Below, piece by piece: positions 11,971-23,272 of a stretch of 64,000 nt of DNA. The DNA comes from Rhynchobatus australiae. Lineage: Eukaryota. The position numbers were made by a program, and so were the translations under genes. Below the pieces are notes generated by a model, which did no database searches, was not told the DNA's origin, and was given only the letters and a program-made list of their open reading frames with translations. The stretch covers positions 23,477,587-23,541,586 of the forward strand of contig JAUZTB010000071.1 in the NCBI GenBank assembly GCA_034780895.1. Reading direction: 5' to 3'. Position 1 is the stretch's first letter. Every line of letters starts with the position of its first letter.

Positions 11971-13068
11971 AGGTATGTAATGCAAATCATCCATCACAAA
12001 ACAAACTATTTGACTGGCACCCCAACTACCAGATAAATATCCACCACTATCTCCCTATGGACTGGATGTGCACTTCCTGTAGGATGCACAGAAGTAAGTC
12101 ATAATGTAATCAGCATCATGTCCCAACATGTGACTTCCACCACCAAGGACAGGTGCATTATAGTCATCAGCTCCAACTTCCCCACCATTCAACGCAAGGC
12201 TAAATGGTTAAATGTTGAACATCAAGCATTATTGGAGGCATGATAAAAAAAAGCATGAGTTCAAAGGAGGCTTTGAAGAAATGCTACTGATCCCCTCTTG
12301 AAGGTGATACCAGAGGACCTCAGCTTAATAATTCACAGGAAGATTTTCTCACTGCAATTGGATCAAAGAGGCAAATCTAAGAAAAGGTTGCTTAATGCAT
12401 AATTTAATTTCAAAATGTAGGGGGAAATCCTTAGATGTATTTAATGAATGAACATTTTCCCTGAAGCTGTGACTTTTTATGTACACTAGACCCTTGTTAT
12501 AACACTTGCTAAGACAACATGGCCTAGAAATCCTATTTCTGTTGCTTAGCACAGTGCTTCAATGCACTACATGATAGAATTTTACTTTGTGAGCTAAAAA
12601 AACATTTCCACATATTTGATTCAGCCCTCAGTGTGGATGACATGTACGTGGGAGACATGGTGATGTCAAATTGTGTATAAAGCTCATTGTGTTGCTTTTG
12701 ATGTCACATGAACAAATTATATCAGCTGACTGAGTTGTGTTATAGCTCTCATCAAGGAGCCTGAGCTTACATGGGATAGTACTAGAAAATGCAAGGCATT
12801 GGTCATCCTTCCAATCCAGCCCTGGTTAGAATCTTTCTGACTACCTTTTGATTATCTTTTTGGCCACTACCCAACATATTCTGCCATGTACTTATTTCTC
12901 TGAAATGGTGGGAGGTCACAAGTGAAAGCCAATCTTTGTGTGTATGAGTGTAAGATGTGTTCCTCCATGCCCAGCTTCTGAGGCCTCATGTAAGGTAGAA
13001 TATTGCCCGAGTTCACAATGCTGCAAAATTGCTAGACATTGCCTGGAACCATGCTGTTGCTACATTTA

Positions 13069-13205
13069 GAGATACAAGAGACTACAGATGCTTGAGAGTG
13101 GAGCAAAAAATAAACTGCTGGGGGAACTCAAGGGGTCAACCAGGATTAGTGGAGGCAAAGGAATGGTTGACATTTCTGGTCAAAACCCTGCATCAGGACT
13201 AGGTT
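13069..13205 (-). mobile_element. Penelope-derived short element with hammerhead motif, 12-bp TSD
   Basis: Minus strand reads agtc-ctgatgc-agggttttgacca-gaaat-gtc; ttgctacattta at 13057-13068 and 13206-13217. Confidence 0.8.
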
Positions 13206-14249
13206 TTGCTACATTTACATGGGATATGGGTGTCTCTTCAATAGCTAAAGTCTTTTTGCTTGCAATGGCCCTTTCTACTGCTGGTGCTTTCGTATAAGTT
13301 AGAAAATTACCTCATAGATCACATTTAGAGATATGTGAAATATTTGTTCTAATTCAATCAAATTTAATGTATGAATTTTACTTTATTGCACATATAAAGT
13401 ATTAAGTAACTGTGCATTTAGTGCTATTTTTGAAGCTATTACTTATCAGGTCTAAAGTAATATAGAATTTCTTGACTGACACCTTATTTTAATTTTATCC
13501 TATAATCTTTAATAACTGCCAAATGTGTCAACAGCAGAATCTTTATTCTATATACTCTTTATTCTAGACTGTGTAATTCCTTTCACAATTATTCCCATTA
13601 TTAATTCACTCAGCAACCATTATAATGTTAATTATGTGGCAGACAGTTAAATAGCATTGAGCATATTAACTTTGATTTATTTTTAATCAATGAAAATTGC
13701 TAAATAATTGGGGTGTAACATTTCAGCCTGGTTTAGAACAGAGAATCCTCTCATTGCAAAACTTCATATGAAATTAAATGTCTAAAAATTGCATTGCACA
13801 GTGTTTTGCAGTGATAAAATTTCAATGAAAAGTAAAACGTCAAGAGAAATTGCAGACTTATTCCAACCATGTGATTTCCCTGCCTGTCTTTGATATGCAA
13901 AACCATGGAGGAGCCTGGTCATGGCCAATGGCATCCATTGACATGTGGAATCTTTCACTGGACGCCACTTCCAGGATTTTCATCCACACATGCAAGACCC
14001 GCTGATAGTATTGACCACTCAAGCAGCAGCAAAGCGATGCAACATTTATGAGGCTTGCTTCAGCAGTACTTAAAGGGATCTGCCTGAGCAGATTCCACAC
14101 ATGGAGACTGTAGCTCAGAACCCACCATTTATTAAAGTACACCACTCTACTGGCCCTCCAACCCTTGAATTCTCCAGCTTGTAACCCTCACTCAAAAGCA
14201 TTTGCCCCTTAACCAGAGATTACTGCTCTGCCATTCTTCACAGTAATAA

Positions 14250-14775
14250 GATTTGAATACATGAGCAATGAAATTTAGAAAGGATGTACTTACTATAAAG
14301 GGAGTGCAGTGAAGCTTGGGATGGCGAGATTGAAGTACGAGGAGAGTTTAAGGCATGTGGGCTTGTATTCAGTATTCACTAGAATTTAGAAGAACAAGAA
14401 GAGATCTAATTGATACCTTATAAACTTCTGACAGGGCCAGACAAACTGAATGCTGGGACAATGTTCTCCTTGTGAATGTTCTAGAATGAGAAGTCATGGT
14501 CTCAGGATGCACGACAACAATAGGCAGAAATTTCCTCCCACAGAGCATGGTCAACCTGTGGAATTCACTACCACAGAGGGCTGTAGAGGCCACGTTGCTG
14601 AATATTGTTAAGAAGGTGTATTTCTAGATACAAAAGGCATCAAAGTGTATGGGAAGAGAAAGCAAATATGGTGTTGAGACAGGGGATCAGATGTGATTGT
14701 ATTGAATGGTAAAACAGGCCAAAGTTCCAAAAGGCCTATTCCTGCTCCTATATGTTCATATGTTCTTATATGTTA
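14250..14775 (+). mobile_element. CR1 LINE 3' end (cctactcct/ttcttatg-tail subfamily)
   Basis: gaatttagaagaa...ctgtggaattcactaccacagaggg...ggcctattcctgctcct...tgttcttat. Confidence 0.85.
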
Positions 14776-16434
14776 AGTACCAAGAGAAGTTCAGTTATTA
14801 ATCAATGTTTATATTTAATCACTTCCCGTGTGCAGTGATAGTGGGAGGGAATTTTCAGATTTTCACTGGTTCACTATATAAGGTTACCCATAGTACTGTG
14901 ATGTAACACAATTCTGCTGCTGCTTATGACTCATAGTAGCTCGTGGCTGTGTGCTTTTGAACTGCTTGCTCTATTCATGTTCTATCAAAATTTAGCATGA
15001 TGGTGGTGCCACACTTCACAATGGAGGGTGTCCTCATTGTGAGAATAAGAATTTGCATCCACAAGATCTGTGTGATTGTGTCTCTCACCGAAATCTGTCC
15101 TGGTCAGGTGGAGCTGTGACAGACTGGTAGATTGTCAGAGGTAGAACGGAGAATACCTGTTGGAAAAAAAACACTGAGGGTACAACAGTTCTACCTTAAA
15201 GTCCAAGAGTAATGCCCTCACTGCTGTTTCTTCCAAAGGGTGTTCAACATGGAGGAATGTTTATTCGTTAGCTGAAGGAGGGTGATATACGTGGTGATCA
15301 GCAGGAGTCACCAGTCAATTTGAAGGAATTCTTTACCTAAAGGATGATTGGAGTATGGACTGGGCNNNNNNNNNNNNNNNNNNNNNNNNNNNNNNNNNNN
15401 NNNNNNNNNNNNNNNNNNNNNNNNNNNNNNNNNNNNNNNNNNNNNNNNNNNNNNNNNNNNNNNNNGTATGGAATGGGCTATCAGAAGGAGGAGCAGAGGA
15501 CAATACCATAGATGTATCTAAGAGGAAGAAAGGAAGAAAGGAACATGTTAGTTACATTGGATGAAAATGGGTGGGAGGACCAAAGCCATCTGCATGGACC
15601 ATTTGGATCATTAGACCCATCCTGTGTCATAAATACATCGAGATGTTTTGTAATCACAAAAGCAACGGCGATATGGAGCCACCGCACTATCAATATCAAG
15701 AGAGGAGCTGTGGAGTGCCAAAAATGCTGAGGAAACAAAACATGGCCTGATGATAATAGGGCATGTGGTTTGTTTTGGATTCCTGTAACAACGTGCCACA
15801 GATATATGCTCATTGGGATGGTAATATCCAGGGAACCATGGTCAGGAAATTCTATTGTGTAGCACAGTGTTTATGTGTGCCGTTTGATACAATTCAAATG
15901 AAGAGACTTTCAGTAAAGAAAATAGAGAGCATCATGCATAGATCAGAAAGTCTGCAATCTTTTTCCCAGGTTGTCAGTACTTCTGAAAGGCTCACACATG
16001 GAGATAACAGGACACAGTATGTGCTGTAGTGTGCAAAAGTATGCAACCCTTGCCTGACTGCCACTCATCATTGTCTATTGTATGAGCGCACCCTTCTCCT
16101 GCTGAAACTGGCAGGGTTTGCAAAAGATCTGTCAGCTCATAAATTGTACAGCACTGAGTCTGGAGCACACAGTGGCTTGGACCTCACACCCTATAGAATT
16201 TTGCAGACATGGGTCCTTGAAATTGTTTCATTGGCCCAATACTAATTGTCAATCCAGGTGCCAAAAATTTCTGGCCCTTTGTTACCTGTCAACGTTCCTC
16301 TACAGCAATTATATCACACTCTGTGGTAATCTTTTAATGTCAGTAAGTTAGGGTGAAGTTTACACAGATACACCAACCTGTTTTTCACTGCAAAAGTTAA
16401 CGTAAAAATAAAATGCACTTTACAAAGTTAGTTT

Positions 16435-16860
16435 TAGAATAATAGATTCTTGTAGTGCAGAGTGATGCCATTCGACCCAATGTATTTATACTAGTATTTT
16501 CAAAGAGCTATTTAATGTGAGCCTTGATTTTGAACTTTCTCCATGGATCAGCAAATTTGTTTTCTTTTCATATGTGCACCCAATTCCCATTTGAAAATTA
16601 GTACTTCATCTGCTTCCATCATCCTTTTAGCCATTGCCTAATGGGTTATGAAACACTACTGCATTCTTGTTCTTTGGCCACATAATTTCAATCTATGATC
16701 TTTGGTTACTAACTATTTTGCAAGCATTGTCCTCTGTGGTCTACCAAACAAACCCTCAGCAGTTTTAAACTCCTCGGTTAAATCTCTTGTCTGCTCCAAG
16801 AACAATACCAGCTTCTTCATGTCCCTGGGTATTTTATATATTTTGTAAGGTTTGGACACT
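16435..16860 (-). mobile_element. Highly diverged CR1 3' fragment
   Basis: gatgccattcgaccc tail motif; LVLFLEQTRDLTEEFK resembles LFSLE.RRLRGDL.E.FK. Confidence 0.5.
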
Positions 16861-18239
16861 TTATTTAATTGTTGCTTTTCAATGCACAAGTATCTTGTCA
16901 TTTGTCCTCCAATGTGGGATATCTTTTTTTAATCAAAAGAGGGAGACAGGCATTTCAATGCAATCAATAAAAGCAGATTTTTACAATTCCTCTTTCTCTG
17001 GGACAGCCTTTGTGTGGGTTCAACAATCCAAGGAGGAGCTGAGCTATTACAAACAGCTGCCAGTCTACAGAATTCTTTCAGCAGCAGCAGTTGACCTTTG
17101 GACCTGCCCATTTGAAATAATTTGATTTAGTGGCCTCATGGTTTAATGCTCCCATTGCTATAAAGGATTTCATCCATCTTACAGTGAGCTGTGGCATTGG
17201 CAATAAGAACGATTGAAAAAAAGTCCTTACATATGTGGAATCTCAACTGTAATCCAGAAGGATGAAAGTTTTTCTTCCTCTATCTTATGTGGGATATCTG
17301 GGATGCCTAATCCAATTTCTAAGGGTTGTGTTACTGTTGATCCTTCAATAAAATTATTCAATGCCAAGTTGGCAATCACATTTTAAGAATTTGCAAAGGT
17401 AGAGGGTGTGGGCAATATAAATATAGGCTCAACAAATTGAGTGGTGCTCTCCAGAGACTGTATACTGCTGGGGCAGAGTAGTGGGAACTTTATTCTATAG
17501 TATCCGTGCTCTGCTGACAATGATAACTTTCCATTGCAGTCATCTTGACCAGCAAGAAAACACATCAAGATGCAAACACTCAACTGCAGCTGGCAATAAA
17601 TTTGGCCATGACATTGTTACCCACATCCTGACAACAAATTCCTGACCTTAAACAGATCCCAGTGCTGTGAGGACTTCACAAAGAAGCAAGAAGAAAAATC
17701 CCAACCAGGCAAGTAATTGTTAAATAAATATTTAAGCAAATGTTCTCTAAACCGTAAAAAAGCACCACAAGATTCGGATGGAAGGTTCAGTCGATGATAT
17801 GAAGGGAATTCCTTCATACAGCTCTCTCCTGATAGCTTGGTTTGGCTCCTGCATGTTTTCTTTTAAAATCCCAAGCTAAGCAAAAAATAAATAACTGGCA
17901 TATGCCTGGCTTAAGCTTCCCTTGACTAACAGAACACAACTGAGCTTACTTTAAAAATTATGAGGTAAATTTTCTGCTCAGTAGCACAATTTTTATCAGT
18001 CTATTTTACCTGAAATGGGGATTACCAATGTAAAAGGAAATAATGATTTTTAAATGCAAATGGAATTTTCATGGTTTTCTTGGACGGTTTAAAACTTGTG
18101 TTGCTTGAAGCCTCCATTAAATTGGCCATTCTGCCAGTGACCCAATCACCATTCGTAGATTCTGACAAACAGACTTATTTGAAGATCTTTGAGGAGGTTC
18201 CAAAAGTTAAGATGCTGCTCATGGGACTCAAGAAATTTA

Positions 18240-19200
18240 CTTGAGATAGGATGGAGAGAGAAAATAATTAGTCTGACAACAGTTGTCAGCAAAATGCTGG
18301 AATTGATTATGAAGAACATGGCAATGCACCAATTAGAAAATCATGATTTGATTAGACAAAGGTAACATGACTTTTATGAAAAGGAAATCACATTTGGCAT
18401 ATCCAATACAGTTTCTTAAGGATGTAACTGTTACGGTAGATAAGGGAGAACTAGTGGATAGAGTATTTCTGGTTTTTAAAAGTCAAATGTTGTTTTTCAA
18501 AATAAGGGCTTTTGGAAAAGGGGTGACGTCTGAGTATGGATAGAGGATTGATTATAGGGCAGAAACTAGAGGAAGAATGTACTGGCTTTTTCAAGTTGAC
18601 AAGTTGTTACTCGTAGGTTGGATACCTATTCCTTCATCGATGTAAAGCGCAGAATATAATTAAAGTTTTCTGATGATACAAAGCTGGATGAAAATGTGAG
18701 TGATGAATGATATGCAAGCTAGAATCTGCAAAGGGAAAGAGCCAGTTAAGTGAGCAATGAGCTGACAGACGGAAATCATTGTGGGGAATTGTGAGGCATG
18801 ATAGGAAGAATTCTGAAAGAGTATTTTTTAAATGGTGAAAAACTATTCACTACTTTTAAACATCCTTCCTAATGCCTTAACCTATATTTGCTAATTATTG
18901 GTATGTAGCGTCATCCCAGGAGTGCTGGCTTATGAAATGCAGAAAGTTATCGTGCAATTAGTATCAGCAATAACGAAGGGAAATGGTTTGTTTGTCTTTA
19001 TTGCAAGGAATACAAAAGTAAAGGAGTCTCACTGCGAGTGTATAGTGTTTTGGTGGAATCACAGCTGGAGTAGTGTGCTGTATTTTGGTCTGTGGCAATG
19101 AGAGGATACACTTGCTCTGAGGTGGTGCAGTGTTGATTCATAGGTTGATTTTAGGGATGATGGGGGCTGCTTATGAGGAAAGGCTGAGTAAGATCGATGA
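18240..19200 (+). mobile_element. CR1 LINE RT fragment (host of the nested cluster)
   Basis: tagtctgaca...aaaatgctgga, ttttctgatgatacaaag (FSDDTK), ctggagtagtgtg. Confidence 0.8.
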
Positions 19201-19257
19201 AGAAAGACTGCCATTATAAAGGCCCTTTTAAATCACCCCAAAGTGCTTCACTGATGC

Positions 19258-19625
19258 TTGGAAGAATGAGAGAGGATCTAATTGACTCTTATTAGAATGT
19301 AAGAAGGATGTTTCCCCTGATGGGGTGTCTGGAACAAGGGATCACAGTCTCAGGTTACAGGGCAAGACGTTTAGGACTGAGGTCAGGAGAAATCTCTTCA
19401 CTCAGAAGGTAATGAACCTTAGAATTTACTACCTCAGAGGGTTGTAGAGCTTAGATTGTTGAATATTTTTAAGAAGGAGACAAATAAATTTTAAGATGTA
19501 AAAGGACAGGTGGAGAGTCGGAAAATGGTATCGAGATATGTGATCAGCCATGGTCTTGTTGAATGGTGGACCAGGCTTGAAGGGCTGAATGGCTTTTCCC
19601 TGCTCCTATCTTCTATGTTTCCCTG
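19258..19625 (+). mobile_element. CR1 LINE 3' end nested in the Deu SINE
   Basis: agaatgagagaggatct...gggctgaatggcttttccctgctcctatcttctatgtt. Confidence 0.85.
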
Positions 19626-19769
19626 TTTCACAGCTAATGGTATACTTGTATTCTATTTTAAAAACATGGCAGCCAATTTGCACACGATATAGTCCTACAA
19701 ACAGTATCAGATAATGACAATTTCTTGGCTGCTGGTTGAAGGAAAAATACCATGGAACTCCACCGAGGT

Positions 19770-20535
19770 GTGAAGTTACGTGCTTCAGTAAGAGAAATCT
19801 AAAGGCAGATTATTATCTAAATGGGGAAAGATTGCAGGTGAGCGAAGGACAGATGGATCCAGGTGTTCTTGTGCACAAATTGCATAAAGGTACTCAGTCA
19901 GGGTGTTAGGAAGGAAAATGGCAAAATTGACCTCTATTAAAAAAGGGTTGGAGTTTAGAAATAGGGAAATATTATTACAATTGTACAGGATACTGGTGAA
20001 TCAGCACCCAGAGTACTGTGTACGTTTGTGGCCCCCTTAAGAAAGTGTATGCTAGCATTGAAGACAGTGCAAAGAGATTCACTCAGTTAATTCCTGGGAT
20101 GAGAGGTTATCCTGTCCAGAGTAGCTAATGAAAACAGATCCATGTTATTTAAAGTTTAGAAGAATGAGGGCTGATCTTATACAAGATTTGAGGAGGCATG
20201 GCAGAGTAGATATCGAGATGTTTCTACTTGTATAAGAATCTCAAAAGAGGTAACAAAGTTACGAGGTTAGGGGATGGTCATTTAAAACTGCTGTGCCCAG
20301 GAACCTCTTACAGAAGGTGGTGAGTCTCTGGAATTGTCTACCCTAGAGGGTTATGGAGGTGAGATCACTTAAAATCAGGGAATTGAGAGCTGTGGTGAAC
20401 AGAGGCCAGGGCATATCTGCCACGCTTATATTGACTGGCGGGGCAGGCTTAAGGGACTGGGTGGCCTACTCCTACTCCTACTCCTACTCCTACTCCTACT
20501 CCTACTCCTACTCCTATTACCTTATGTTCTTATGA
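19770..20535 (+). mobile_element. CR1 LINE 3' part nested in the Deu SINE
   Basis: gagtactgtgtac, tttagaagaatgaggg, tail cttatgttcttatg. Confidence 0.85.
20465..20512 (+). repeat. (CCTACT)8 hexanucleotide repeat
   Basis: Eight perfect units counted, followed by cctatt. Confidence 0.97.
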
Positions 20536-20709
20536 AATTGTGGCACAGAATCTTTTCCATTTCCTGAGAGAGTGAATTGAAGAATCCTTTGAAACTTCAT
20601 TGGAGTGCTGGCCTAGGTTTTCCTGCTCCGACTCTGAGATGGGAACTTGACCCTGGAACTTTTCAACTCAAAAGTGGGATTGCTTCTAACTGAACCACAG
20701 GTGACATTG

Positions 20710-20945
20710 AACCTATGCTTGTTGATGTTTAGAAGAATGAGATGTGATCTCAGTGAACCATACAGTGTAGCTGCCGAAAGTCTAGAATTGGGGGGTATTG
20801 TCTTAAAACAATTTTTCATTCTTTAATGACTCAGATAAGAAGAATATTTTTCTGATTGTTATAAATCTCTGCAGTTTGCTATTGGAGAGGCCGGTATATG
20901 TGCTGTCCTTGAGCATATTCAAAGCAGACATTGATAGACTTCTGG
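20710..20945 (+). mobile_element. CR1 LINE, resumption of the 18240-19200 copy
   Basis: tttagaagaatgagatgtgatctc...atattcaaagcagacattgatagact. Confidence 0.7.
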
Positions 20946-21534
20946 AGCAAGAACAATCAACACTTGTGAACATACACTTGAGACAGATGATTATCAATGA
21001 TCTTAGAGTTCAGGCACTAGGAAGCAATCTTAACAGTGTTTTATATCAAAAAATAAGAAACTACCCATTATAAACTAAAGAAGCTGTAAAGCAGGCCAAT
21101 GTTGTTTTCCTTTTATTGATTGAAAATCATGTTACTCACTGGTAGTGGACCAGGTTTCATTGTTCTATAGGTTTTATTTATGGAAATAAAATCCATTTCT
21201 GGATGTGTTAAATAAAACACATCAGCTTACCCATCCTAAATATATCAAGGAATATGTTCTAATAGAAGGAGAAAAAAGAAACAATTATATTCTGTCACAC
21301 TGCCTGACTGTGCCGAGTCATGCCTGTGATTTTAATGGAAACTCAAAATGAAATCCAACCAGTGCAATTGCAAGCATATTTTGGCTGCTATTTCCTGATT
21401 GCACCCAAAGGGAAACTCTACCCAATCTTCCTTCATGCTCAATTTGGTCTGGTATATTAATGAAAATACAATAACATCTAAAGTGTAAATCATACTCCTT
21501 TTAAATGATTTTAGTTTACGAAGGAGCACAACAA

Positions 21535-22285
21535 CAAAAGAAATAGAGTTAAGGATAGGCCATTCAGCCCTACACATCTGCTCTGCCATTCAATAAAGCC
21601 ATAGCTGTGCTTTTACCTCAGCACTGCTTTCCCATACTAATCTTTGACTTGCTTAATATTGAAAAAAAATCCATCAACCGTTATCTTGCAAACACCAAGA
21701 GACTGAATCTCCACAGAAAATTCCAAAAATTAATTACCCAGGGCCTAAGTAATTGGAATAAGATGTCTTTTCAGTGGTACTCTATCCTCTTGCAATAAAA
21801 GCCAACATATAATTTTCCTTTCTAATTGCTTGAAGTCTCTCTATATTGTATCACGTACGAGGAAATGCAGGTCCACCTGAATTCTTTCAATCTCTGGACA
21901 TTTAAAAGTATTCTGTTTTTCCGTTTTTGTTAACCAAANNNNNNNNNNCTCACATTTTCCACGTTATGTTCTCTCAACCATGACCTTGCCCTTTCAGTCT
22001 GTCACACCTCCCAGCTTTGTGTGATGAGCGAACTTAGATGTATTACACTTGATCTCCTCATCCAAGGCTTTGATATAGTTTGTGAACCGCTGTGGCTCCA
22101 AGATAGACCCTTGCAGCACCTGAGTTGTTGCAGCCTCTCAATATGAATATGACTGAAATCTCTCTGTCTTCTGTGCATTTACCAGTCCTCAACCCAGTGT
22201 TTACCTCCAATTCCCATGTGCTCTCTTTCTCTTTAATAATCTCTCATGTGGCACCTCATGGAAAGTCTTTTGAAAGCCCAATTAC
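21535..22285 (-). mobile_element. Diverged CR1 LINE
   Basis: taggccattcagccc...tgctctgccattcaata tail; gcaataaaagccaacat; ctcacattttccac. Confidence 0.75.
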
Positions 22286-22949
22286 ACCACATTTATTGAA
22301 CCCCACAAGAGAGTGACAAATGCAAAGGTATGCCTAGAAATTATAATGCACGCTAAAGAGTGCACACTCGCAAGAACCAAATGATGGTTTTTGTCTTTGT
22401 GCCCCTCCCCCATGAAGGATGAGGTTATGATCAGATGAGCCACGACCTTACTAAATGGGGGAGCACCTCAATAGGTTGAATGGCCCACTCCTGATCCTAA
22501 TTTGTATGTTGGTTCTATTTCTTTGTCTGAAGACATCTAATTGGGTTGGCCATCACCAATGANNNNNNNNNNNNNNNNNNNNNNNNNNNNNNNNNNNNNN
22601 NNNNNNNNNNNNNNNNNNNNNNNNNNNNNNNNNNNNNNNNNNNNNNNNNNNNNNNNNNNNNNTGATGTAATGCTTCTATCTTTGTGCACTGAACAATGCT
22701 GTGTGTAATCAGCTAGTGTATTAAAATTCTGTTAGTCTGGTTATCAGGACTATTGTTAATTCAAATCATCACAAAGGAAGGATTTTTTTTTTGCCAATAA
22801 CTCGATGACCTCACTTGGGCAAACTGGCTTGAAGTTAATGAGCATAGCTCAGAATAGAAACTTGAAATAATATTGGTAGAGAGTCATTAATTCAGAAGGA
22901 TTGAGATTCAAGTGTGTGTTTAATATTTTGCACATATTACTTCCTCTCG

Positions 22950-23272
22950 TAGATATAGAATTGTCAGGTAAATAGGTCCTTCGGCCCACCAAATCGTGCT
23001 GACCACTAAGCACCAAATTTCAACGATCCCATTTTATTCTCCCTGGATTCACCTCAACTCCCCCCCAGATTCTACCATTTCCCTACACACCAGGGACAAT
23101 TTACAACAGGCAACTAACCTACCAATCTGCACATCTTTGGGATGTAGGAGGAAACCCACGTGGTGACAAGGAGAAATGTACAAACTCCACACAGCCAGCA
23201 CCCGAGGTCCGGATTGAACCCTGGTCTCTGGAGCTGTGAGGTAGTGGTTCCACCGGCTGCACCACTGTGCGG
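22950..23272 (-). mobile_element. HE1-like V-SINE, near full length
   Basis: Minus strand A box tggtgcagccggt, B box ggttcaatcc; V-domain; CR1-shared tail ccttcggccca. Confidence 0.9.

Larger units (their letters stand above)
10950..12190 (+). mobile_element. Old CR1/L2-clade LINE fragments interrupted by a V-SINE and a Rex1
   Basis: ttcaatggcattaccat...catcctg...ttgaccagcc; resumes at about 11345 and about 11970. Confidence 0.5.
19200..20706 (-). mobile_element. Deu-domain SINE (SacSINE1-like), split in three pieces
   Basis: Tail 19200-19255, core 19630-19765 (ggcagccaatttgcacac), remainder and head 20540-20706 (gtggcacagaatctttt...ctaactgaaccac). Confidence 0.65.

Noticed and set aside
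20353-20535. ORF with YSYSYS repeat
   Set aside because: Translation of the (CCTACT)8 microsatellite in a CR1 3' UTR.
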